From Auanema rhodensis (lineage: Eukaryota; Animalia; Nematoda), in NCBI GenBank assembly GCA_964057225.1, contig OZ059895.1:9238001-9302000 (forward strand): a DNA stretch of 64,000 bases, written 5' to 3'. The translations under genes were made by a program, and so were the position numbers. Of this stretch, positions 41,074 through 52,873 are shown in pieces; position 1 is the stretch's first letter, and each line of letters begins with the position of its first letter. The notes beneath the pieces were generated by a model that worked only from the letters and a program-made list of their open reading frames with translations, searched no databases and was not told where the DNA came from.

Positions 41074-44000
41074 TCATAAAACATGCATTCGAACGATAAG
41101 CAAGGCCAAGATCAATAGCTGACCTGAGATGGGAGCAGATGATGTCGTTGATGGAGGTACTTCAGATGAAGATAAAGATTCTGCATTCGCCCAACAGTCC
41201 GAACAAGAATCGGTCAGCGAGCGAGTTGATTTCGATGAATAGCTTGTTTTTAGCTAAAACAGTAACCCTAAAGGTTAATTAATTTAAATTTGATTACCTG
41301 ATCTACTGGATTATAATAATCATAAAGGACAATCTGAGCCGGTTTTGTATCAGCAACATTGTAAGATAGATCAGAGTTCAAAGTAAAGCAAATTGGAGTT
41401 TCATCGAGCTAGAAAGTATAAGTATTCAATCATTAAATGAAAAATATATTTACTGAATTGAAATATAAATTCAATAAAGTGTCATCATTCACAAATTCTG
41501 CTCGTTTGATTCCAGATATTTGTGAAATTGAGTTGGATTCTTCTACATCATATCTGAAAATAGGAAAACATATGTAAGAAAGATGATTCTTGTTATTTAC
41601 CTGTATCCAGTGAGTGTTGGAATTTCAGCAACTGCCATATTGGACTGAGAATTACTTCTCGTGTAGCTAAATGAGTAGAATTAAGGTTATATACTATAGA
41701 AGTAGGATAGAATATTGATGAGAATTATCTTACTTGCAACAAAGATCCAATTGGAGACGATTTCCGTTTCGAAGTTCTTTAACATCTTGACTACAGTAGA
41801 ATGGAGCATCATTAACATGTTGATTACGGTGATAGGAATATGATACCTACAGTATCCTTATATAGCTTAATAGAAATAGAATAAACACATACCTGAGCGA
41901 ATACAATTCCTTTTCCTTGAGCTTGAAGTTGCACAGATGAATCAGCATGAGGAATCTGAATAAGATTGAGTTTTATCATTGTTTTGCAATCTATCAATTT
42001 ACTTCATAACTTTGAAGAACAAGAGAATTTATAGGAGATACAGTGAAAAGTTGTGTATCAGCTCCATTTCTAACATTTACGGTAACATTACTATCTGCAC
42101 TATATGCTACTTGACCATAAGATCCTTAAAATAGAATTATATGAAATGAAATATCAAAATTTTTGTTTTACCCAAAGCGAGAAGAGCAACAACAGTATCT
42201 TGTGTTGATGAAAATCCTCCTAAGGCATTACGTTGAGAACTTAACCATCTTACAATTGGGAATCCCTTTAAAACAAATTATTTAATTAGATATGAATAGG
42301 AGATATACCTTATTAGTCTTCTTATCTTCCATGTAACTCAATAAAGCATAAGCAGTAGTTTCAACATCAACTGGACGAGGTTGGAAGAAATATTGTGATT
42401 CTTCCTTTGGCGTTTCACCCTTTTGAGAGCTCCAATGTACAGATCCATCTAAATTAAATATATAGAAAGATTACAAATGATTAGATCTAATACCTGATGA
42501 AGTGATTTGTAATTCCTCAAGTTTTTCCAATGAGGAATCTTTTTTATCGTGATTTGCTAAGTGAAGTGCATATGTTACAACAGAAAGAGCATATGAATCA
42601 TTAGAAATTGAGACAAGGTTTTTCTCCAAAAATTGCAGAGCACCTTCATTTCGAACCTAAGAATTGAAAAAATAATTATTTTTATAAATTAATATAAAGC
42701 TTACTCCATTTTCAAGCAAAGCAATAGTAACATAAGCTGTTAATCCAATACCACCTTCACTGGCACCTCCTTGCATATCTTTATGATGAACCTCACCGTG
42801 CTCAGCAAAGGCTCCAGTTTCCTTAAATTCAATCATTGTAATTATATCGTCAAATATTATAATTCCTACCATCTGTTGAGCATTTAAGAATGCAATACTC
42901 TTTGTTAATATTTCAGGATCAACAAAGATAAAGTCACGAGCTTGAGCAAATGAACGAACAACGAAAGCTGTTAGCCAGGTTGACCCAGCCTTATCACTTT
43001 CTCCGAAAGCAGAAAATGAATTATCACTTCGTCTAAAAAATTTCTTGTTCTTTCTTTCAAAATTATTTGAAAGTTACCGATAAGTTAGTTCACGCTGATA
43101 ACCAGATTCCATATACTTTTTAGCTTTTGCCTCTAAGCCTGGATCAGCTCGATTGATAGCTTTCAAATATCGAAGAACAACAATATTTGGAACAAAGTTC
43201 AACATATTTTGTTCTCCACATCCAAATGGCATACGAACTAGTTTATCAATATTACTTAAAACTGGTCCCATGATATCTCCTAATAATAAAAATCTTTAAA
43301 TCAAAAATGGATGATATCATACCAATAACATCAACTTTTGCTCGTTTAGAACCTTCTACAACATCATCTGGCCATAATAAATCAACTTTAGTCGAATATT
43401 CCGTGCTGTTACTGAGATCAATAACAATAGGAACATTACGATCTACACGATAACCTTCTGGCTATAATGAAAATATTGTAAAACTTTGATAATTTGGTCG
43501 AAATTACTTCAACTCGTAATGGCATTTCAACAGCATCACCAGCTAAAGAAGCTTGAGCTGTAACAGATAGTTCAACCATTCCTATTTGATTAGGAACAAT
43601 AGGGAAATATACAGCCTTGGAAACTCCGCCTCCGGGAACTGACACAATTCGTTGATTATATCCTTTAGGTCCAGATCTAAACTTGAAGTTTATTCTTAAC
43701 GTTTTATCAGAAATCACATACTCTTTACTGATACTTCCATCTTTGTTCATGAATCCAAAACCAGAAGTTTCATCATGCTTCAAGGTAACTGTCACCTTAA
43801 ATGATTGATCAAAACCCGGAACTAATTGTAAGCTTACATCTTGTTCTTGTTCCAGATAGTTGAAAACAAGAACTCTGAGTCCGAATTTCTCACCACGCTT
43901 AACAGAGTATGGCAAATCAAGACGAATGAAGAATGGTCGGAATACACGAAGCTGAATCTCTTTTAGAAACAATTTCTTTCGAGAGTTATACCTTAGCATT

Positions 44001-44907
44001 AGAAGCAGCAATTCCTAACCCGGTTTCATCATTAATAGCAAATGCCGAAGCAACCCAGGATGTGATGGTATCAGGAGCAGTAGCATGATATACAACTTCG
44101 CCATTTTCACTGAAAAATTGGTTTTGCATTTGCTTTGCCCTAAACACAGAGGAAAAATATACACTTTAATCCCTTTCTCTCTATAATATAACTAATAAAA
44201 TATTATATTAACATTAGATATTCTCACATGTTTTTCTAGAGAATTACGTTGATTTGTTGCAAAATGTTTGGTTTTAAATGAAATCTATTTAACCGTTCAA
44301 TTACTATATTATTTGATAAAGGGCCATATGCTACATATTGAATGATTGAGGGCTCAAACCTGGCCTGAAGATCTATCCAAACCCAAGTTTCAGGGAAAAA
44401 TGAACGCAAACGCGGCTCTGCAATATCAAATGCTGTTGCAGCCATAAATGGCGCTCTAGCTACTGCTTCCATGGGCATCATTACAGCATCGTCTAGAACT
44501 CTGGACGATTTCAGATATACGGCAACTGTAAATTCAATCAACTGCTAAGCACTATAGAGATAAGCATATATAGTGAGCTTGGTAAGACTGATAGTAAGAT
44601 CAGAAGTAAGACAGCAGCTGGTAAAGTACTTGGCCATAACGAGTAGATTATGCGACAACACAAGCAAAAACAGCAAACTCAGTCACTGATTTTGAAGAAA
44701 TTCTTGTAATACCACTTATCTCGTGTTTTCTTCAACCAGATTTTCATATTAAAAACATAAAATAATAGAAACGTTGTCAGCTACCAACAGAACAACACGC
44801 GCAGAGAAGAAATAAGTGTTATTAGGAGAAGAAACAACAAAAATTTGACAACAGACATTGATAGATATTTGAATATCTTGATGAATATTTATAGAGAGGG
44901 TGAAAGC

Positions 44908-44949
<42 letters not shown>

Positions 44950-47900
44950 ATATTACCCAGAATCAACCATAATAACCATATTATTCATATATACTTCCCA
45001 TCATCCCGATTCCCTCCTTCCTACTAATGAATTTCGATCGTCGAATTCATTAGTTCTACTGTATTTCGAAAAACAGAAACTCACTTGGATGCAACATCAG
45101 CCCAAATCCATGTTTCCGGAAATTCTGTGCGAACACGTATCGCTGGGCCCTCATCTGGAGATGGTGAAGGGGCTCCTGATCCAAATGCCACCATAGGGCC
45201 TGGACCTCCGGCAACTGCACTGAATACCATTTCAGGCCACACCCCAACTTAAAAAGAAAACCCTCATTACAGAAAGAAATATGAAAAGTAAAATAATTGG
45301 ATGCAGGGTAACAGCAAGGTCAGAAGTAGAGAAGCATAGAATGTTGTAGCAAGACTAGTTCAGTATATAAACTGATCTTTCCAACGATAATCCCAGATAA
45401 TAAGCGTTTTGGGTCGAACTTAGAAGCATAACTCAAGCATGCTATTCACTCCTTTCACAATCACACAATCATATGATGTTTAAAAGATATTCAAGAAAAT
45501 GCCTTACTTGCTGGACCCATTAAACCATACCCAAGTTTCCGGAAAATTCCGGCGAACTATAGGAGGTGAATTAATGCCAAGCGGTGCTGGCGGAGGGGAA
45601 TCCAGTGCTACTCTAGCAACAGCGGGATGAGAGAAAAAAATTCGTTCTCCTGTAAGTAGAGAAGTACTTGTGCAAATGTTAATTCATAATACACCGGATT
45701 TCATCACCCTAAACCCATTAGGACATAAATGACGAAGACAGAAAAAAAGGACAAATTCGAATCATATCATCAATTAACGTAAAACTTTAATTTCAGAAAT
45801 AATTGAAAAGAAACTTAAACAGTCTTTTATATATATTTCATATAAAAACTGAATAAAATCTCTTTAATTTCTAAATTTAAAGTCAAATATATTAACTATT
45901 CACTATAATTATCTAGCACACATTATCTCTGATTTTTCAACAAATTAATATTTTAAAAAAAGGAAAAAAAAGACAAACAACGAAAGCACCGACTTAGAAG
46001 ACATATCTTCCCAGATCCACATTTCCGGGAAGTTTTTACGTATTACAGGTCCGGGAGATGAATCAGAGCTTCGTTCACTGAATTCTGGTACAGGTTGTGG
46101 TCCATCTAAAGGAGCCAACATGTTTAAGTCGACTTTCCTACTGACAGCAGAAAGATGAACAATTCCTAATAAGCAAGCACGTTAACTCTTGCTTGGATGA
46201 ATAAAATAAATTTCAATAAAGATTATTATATTCTCTATCGAGTGTTTTTGCTTAAAAAATCTTTTTTTTCTTTGAAAGAATTTGGAAAGAAAGATGAAGC
46301 TGTAAGTATTAAGACAACTAATAGTGTCTCTGAATAGATGAGGAAAAGGAAGAAGATAAGAAAACCATAACCAATAACCCGAAGAATTAAATTAAAAGTA
46401 AGGAATATGAAGATTAAGATTAAAAACATAAAATATTAGCTAAATACAAATGTTAATAGTTAATAAATAAAAATATAAAATTAATATTAACAAGCAGAAT
46501 TAATTGAATAAAAACAGAAATTGCTTAATAAAGAAGAAAAACTTACTTGGTGGTTCAGGTTCACGATACAGATATGCATCAGTCAATACGACAAGTCCAG
46601 CATTCTGAATATAAGCATGAATTTAGTTAAAACATTGTTTGAAACCTCGAAAATGCTTGCGGCATCTTTGCCTCCAACACCCCACCATGGATTCCAGATG
46701 CTGCGACGACGACGACGACGATCAATTATTCCTTCCCAAGGACGGAAACTGTTACTAAAGCCAGTAGTATCATATTCATCAAGATCACTTTCAACCTAAA
46801 ATTCAACATTTTTAGTATATTTCAAAACTATATGATACCAATTGAGGAGTAATATCATTTCCTGATTTAAGAAGCAATACAGATTGATCTATCGCCAGAA
46901 GTCCAACATATGATCCGGGATCTGCCTGTACACGTACAGATACAGATTCACCAGGTTCACATTGAGCACGATCAATAGAAAGAGTAACCTGAATAATATT
47001 TTCTTATATTTGATAATGATATTGAGTTTTTTACATTGTTACGGAATAATCCATCAACACGGAAATCAGTTGCATCAACTAAAATCTCTTGATTAGATGG
47101 TCTTACAGCATATACAATCAAACGAGATTTAGGTGACATCTAGAATAATTAATAAAGAAAAAAAGAAATATTAGTTTCTTACTTCACTGCTAGCAGGGAA
47201 ACTGATAGTAGCATGTTCAGAATTGACAGGTAATTCCTTTGACAAGACAACAGAACCGCGTGACATAACCTAGAATTGAACTTCGATGTAACTTCAGAAT
47301 ATGATTTTACCTGATATGTCAATACAGAAATGCTTTCAGTTGCTTTCACAGAAAATGACAATGTTTTTCCAACCTCTAGAACTCCTTCATTATCGGCTAC
47401 AATCTGAAGAAAGAAAAACAAATCTGTAAAATGAAAATGCTGCTTCTCTTATACCTGAAGATATGACTTTGATGGTGATTTTCCAGCTTCAACATATAAA
47501 CTACTGTATATAACAGCATTAGTGAAGTTATCTTGTCCTGTTCTATCATAATGAGCCTGAAAATCAACATTGTTTCAAATACAAGTTCAAAAGTCTTTAA
47601 TGCCTCAATCCGAGCAGAAGTGCAGTTAATGGGTGGCTGTAAACTGTGAATAGCACTACCATGAGCATCCAAATCTACGATTTTTATCTAAATAAACTGA
47701 ATTAGATCAAGTTTTAAAGTTTAAACTTGCCTCCTTATCTTCAAGTTGATTTGTAAAATCAGGATTAAATGGATAATTATAATAAGTACTGATCTATAAT
47801 TGAAAAGATACATTTCTATAAAAGAATTTGTAAAACAAACCTGAACTCTACGAGGTACAGATGCTTTAACTGGCATGTCATTCATTTCTTTTAAAGATAT

Positions 47901-49595
47901 AACAATATTGTAGAGCAATCCTGGTTTGAAACTATCACCTTGTTTTTCAAGATCAAGCTTAACATCATGACGATAGGTTGATACCTAAATAATAAAATAT
48001 ATAGATTATAGATTAATATCTTAGTTATATATTACATGAGCTGTTCCATTACGTTCAGTTTCAGTTAGATCTTCAGCAACTGTAGCAACGATTCTGATGC
48101 TTCCACCGCCATACTCTTGGACAAGTTTATGATTTTTCAAATCTTCATTTGAGAATGTGAAAGAAGCTTGTCCCATGTTGTTAAGAACAGCTGTTTTGGT
48201 AATTTGTGTTTCCTCCTCCACCTATAAAAATAAAATAAAAAATTTATAATTTGCATGATTTCAAAAAACCTGAGTTGTTGTTCCGTCCTCATTAACAATA
48301 ATAGGACGAGGAATAGGATGCCAACGATGCCATGGTTGTTCTAAAGTAACTTTAGCTTTTCCAGCTACTCCTTTACCATAAGTATATCTAAATGAAATAA
48401 AAATAAACAAAAAACAAGAAATATTCTTACTTAGCATCCACCAAAATGGTTAATTCATCAGAAACCGTTATGTATGATGGTGATTTAACGTTTACTTCAA
48501 ATTTAGGTAACACATACTATAATTTAATTTTTTTGTGAAATTAAAATGAAAAAAACATTTTCTATTACTTTTTCCACAGTAAATGGTTTGGTGTATCCTA
48601 CACCAGTTTGAGATTTAACAACAATAGACCAGTCTCCAAGAGGAGGTTCAGATGCAAGTTGCAATTCAGAAGAGTATACTCCTAAAAATAATATTAATTT
48701 TAAATAAATTATTTTAATTCAAATACTATTTGTTTTATAAATTTATATTAAAAATTAAAATAATCAAATATTTACCTTTAACAAGTTCTTTTTTCAATTC
48801 TTGAACAATCACATTCTGATTTGGATCTATTATTTTCACATCAACTGTTTCTTTAACAGGTAATAACTCAGGATTTAATATGATTACTCGATATTTAACT
48901 AAAAATTAAAAAAAATTATTTTTTAATAAAAAAAATAAAATTTAACCATCAGCTCCTGGTTTATAGATAGCTTTATCTGTTTGTACAAAGATAGAAACAC
49001 TTTTTTGATGATAACGAATCTCTTTTTCATCTTCAAATAGTAAACGTCCTCCCAAAGTTTCGCAGCGTACATAAGCCTAAATAGCTAAATTATAAAATAT
49101 TTATAAGATATATACTTACCTTATAACTGTTATCAGGTAATAAACCTTCAGCGGGAACTTTATCAATTGTAACAGTTTGAGGAAAACCTTAATCAAAATT
49201 ATAATAATATAGATTTTGAAGTTAACTTTATACCTTGCTTAATGTTATTAATAACTTTAGTAGCTATAGTATCATTTTGCAATGTTCTAATTTCAAAATG
49301 TACAATATGATCATCGTCGGAGCTTTTTAAGATGTTCACAGAAGCAGAATAGGGTAGACCGGGACGCACAACAGAAGGTGCAACAACCATATACGATCCC
49401 AATCTGAATGTAATTCTGATGATTTACTTGATATGCCCATGTACAATACCTTTCTGGTTCTGGAGTTGTTGTACTGACAGGAACCGTGGGAATCAAAGGT
49501 GTTACGGTCCCAATACTGTCATCTGTCTCTGAGGTTTGGCAATAGCCGACACTTAGAAGACTGCATAACAGCAGCACGGTCAATCGATCCCGCAT
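41074..49595 (-). CDS. tep-1: Thioester-containing protein (CD109/alpha-2-macroglobulin family), signal peptide and probable GPI tail
   Basis: Signal peptide [14 protein letters not shown]; [10 protein letters not shown]; YVLPKFEV; furin-type RRRRRS; FPETW bait-flanking motif; thioester motif PFGCGEQNM; HHKDMQGG; GGFSSTQDT; hydrophobic C-terminal tail. Confidence 0.96.
44360..44525 (-). CDS. tep-1: tep-1 alternative bait exon D (166 nt; ...[20 protein letters not shown])
   Basis: TTTACAG acceptor, GTTTG donor, phase 1/2, FPETW motif. Confidence 0.85.
44908..44949. repeat. Compound (TA)n(GA)n microsatellite in a tep-1 bait-cluster intron
   Basis: Directly visible. Confidence 0.9.
45085..45247 (-). 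CDS. tep-1: tep-1 alternative bait exon C (163 nt; ...[21 protein letters not shown])
   Basis: TTTAAG acceptor, GTGAG donor, phase 1/2, FPETW motif. Confidence 0.88.
45508..45649 (-). CDS. tep-1: tep-1 alternative bait exon B (142 nt; ...[20 protein letters not shown])
   Basis: TTACAG acceptor, GTAAG donor, phase 1/2, FPETW motif. Confidence 0.88.
45994..46165 (-). CDS. tep-1: tep-1 alternative bait exon A (172 nt; ...[19 protein letters not shown])
   Basis: AG/GT flanks, phase 1 in and phase 2 out, open frame, FPExW motif. Confidence 0.85.
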
Positions 49596-52500
49596 CACGC
49601 TGAACAAAAGAATTTTACTTCAATAGATTTACATATAATTCATAAAATTGAAGAAAAAAAATGTTAAAAGAAGTTGTAAAGAAGATGTAAAGAAACCTTT
49701 TGTTGAAAAGGTTTTGAAAAGATTTTCAAGCTATGAAAACTGATAGGACTCGGAGTTCTGCTTCACTGAATGCCCCAATTTATATTTATATATATATTTT
49801 TTTTGTATAATTATCATAAATCGGATGAATTTTATAAGATTAATAATGTATTGCCTATATTAAAACAGTCTATTTTTTTGTTTTTTTGAATTTATAATGG
49901 AAATGGGCCAAAAAAGGTATGAGCAACAGCTATGTTATGAAGATTGACGAAAAGGTCATTGCATATAGTCAATTAAACATACTTAAATATATTATATATA
50001 ATAGTGTTTCTTGTACTTATATAAAGCAAATATTTTGAAACTATCGAGTTAAAATACGTTGAGATAAATTCCTCTTTTACATACAAATGGCCAGGAAAAG
50101 AATAGCAGAAAAGAGGACGAGAGAAACCAAGTGACTTCAATGCTGCTAATTTATCATCAATTTTCCTTGAACAATGAAATTCGCATTAAACAACAGAAGG
50201 ACATCATCAACTGTCTGAAGAACATGTGCATCATAGATTGTTATAATGTAAAACAGATCGTTAAGATTTAAAAACATTGAATTTCAGTATTGAAAGCAGA
50301 ACTGTGTTGAACTTAAAGGAGTACATGTCAATGAGAGAAGACACATACATACATACATGTATCTATATGATGAAGATAGTTAGATATATCGTTTTGATGT
50401 TATAAGATAGGAGGATAAGAATAGTTACAAGAGGAGATTGAAATGAAAATCTAATGGAAGATAACGGAACAAATGTTTCTTTGAAATTGATACAAGAAAC
50501 GGGAAGATTAATTTGAAAATAAAAAAAAAGCCAACATACAGACAGAAAAAGACAAGGTGAACAACAGCATTAAGGGAAAAATGAACATTGCCAGAATGAA
50601 TCTTTTCAATTTCGGACAAAATATTCCATTGATTGCCGAATTAGTTTTTTTCGGAAAAAAATGTTGTTTTAGATGAGCGAATTCCATAAGAATAAAGCCT
50701 GTCAGTCGAATCATTTGACCAAGCACATATCAACAAAATCGCCGAAAAGAAACTTTGTGATTAAAAAGATGACCGACGAACATTTCGGCAGATGCGGTAT
50801 CATTGGACTTCGTTGTCTTACTTGACAATAAAAATTACATATTCAAAAGAAAAACGAAGAAGAACAAGGAAGATACGAGTTGGAAGATGACAATTGATTC
50901 CAACAAAAGATGGAAATAAAATAAAGAAGGAACGAGGTATTCTTTCAAGAAGAAACCTGTAAGACACACAGACAAAAATGGATAAAACAATAAAAAGTGA
51001 AAGTAGTATTAATAAAAGTATAAAAGTTCAAAGAAGAAACAATTAACTACGATTTAAAAAAATAATTTCGCATCTGATGATACGAAAAGTTTTAATAACG
51101 CTTAGCATGGCTTGAACTTGCTGTAACCTTTCGAGAGAATTGTTACTTCAAGTGTAAATTAAAATATAAAGGTAAATAAATAGGGAATAGAAAAAATATT
51201 TCTAAATCTATATGATGATGTTCCGCAACAGGCACTCAGCAGCAGCCGTCACGATCGCCCTGTGATGGGCCCACAGGCGAACAGGATAACGAAGATTGAT
51301 AACAAGAATTGGGACAACTGTGAAAACAATCTTCTCTGTTTCTCATAGTTCTCTACTCTATCTTAATAATTTTCTCCCTTTTTATCTCTTACTCCGTTAA
51401 CGTTCATATCAGCGAATTTGAAAATTTTCAGACAGATTTAGAGAGCGTAAAGTAAAGTAACATAAAGAATTGTTAATCCAAATACGTAATAGCTTCATGT
51501 TCTTCCCTATTCGGCAAATGAAGAACAGAGAGCAAGTCTCAATGACGAATAATAGTAATTGTTGCGAAATTCAAGAATTTGTTGAATAACCTCCAAGAAA
51601 TTGAAGAAAATGTACTTTTGCACAAACAAAATAGAATCTACGATTTGAAGGCATCACACCAAATCTCACAATAACCTACTACTAGTTCTAGAATGAATAG
51701 TTACTCAAAATAATAAAAATGAAGTGTGTTTCCTTTAAAGATTTGAAAGAATCCCATCAAAGGATTGTTGACGATCGGAAACCCAAAAGCATGCTCTAGT
51801 TAAGCTGATACAGACACACAAATGGATTATTCGAATTTGAACAGTGCGCAAGAAAAACGATAATGAAAAAAATAAATAAATTGTGTATTCGCCCAATAGT
51901 TCTGTAGTTTTACAATGAGTCATGTCCTGTGTATTCATAGTTTGCAGAAGTATACAATTACGATTTTTACTGAACGTTCAGTGGGCAATTTAACAAAAAG
52001 TTAAAGACACGCTATTCATAAGTGTGACAGATTTTTGTGATGATCTTTCACTGAACTATTGCCGATATTTAACCTGGTATGACATCATTTAAACAATTCA
52101 TGATGGAGAAGAAAATAAAAGATATTTATGCACATCTTCTTCAAGTACCACAATGAACATGAAATAAAACTGTTGACAAATTATCAAAAAACGTTTCAAA
52201 TCAGCAAATATATTTAACAAAAACCACAATTCAAAAGACTAACTAGATACCAACTAAGATTTGCAGAGCAGCATTGAAGAACTTTATTTGATCTTCGCAG
52301 TTGAACTGGAGGTTGTAACAACATCAATCAAATTATCTAGACAACTGTACTTAAAAAAATTAAATTGAAAATAAAGTAGTAGCTTTTAGACAATAAACAA
52401 ACTGCAATGAAGTACAGATAAAAGGAGTAATTTTACTGTATTATCTTGGATTTTTGCTCTTTCTATCATATCTGATTAATAATAAATAAGATTTTAGAGT

Positions 52501-52873
52501 CAACCTAAATGTAATAGTTAAAAGGAAATGACAATAAATTGGAGCTTTTCTGATATTTATAAATATTAATACAAAAGCAAAAGCTTATATAAATAATATA
52601 TAAAATGGATGATATACAAATCTTTTTTTTTTCACAAATGTCTGGTTGTAAATCAAAATATAAGGAACTAAGTGACACATATGTCAAATGGAAATGAAGG
52701 GATGTTCTATTTTACAATTAATATTTCTGTAATTTTCAAAAAAAACATCGTTATCGAAGCAATATTATAGAATTTATCGAAACCCTTCATATATTACTAT
52801 CACATATAACGTCGTGTCTAATGACAAATAACAAAAATGGAAATAATTAAAACATTGCATAAATTTAATTTAT

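Noticed and set aside
44957-45059. Possible fifth bait mini-exon ([21 protein letters not shown]) or short terminal exon after exon C
   Set aside because: No FPETW motif, no good phase 1 acceptor, and the intron after exon C would be only ~25 nt. The segment is better explained as an RNA-structure element.
51220-52340. Hydrophobic minus-strand fragments (e.g. ORF 51735-51938, LSQFLLSIFVILFACG) suggesting a chemoreceptor or pseudogene
   Set aside because: In-frame stops, no consistent splice path and no recognisable family motif.
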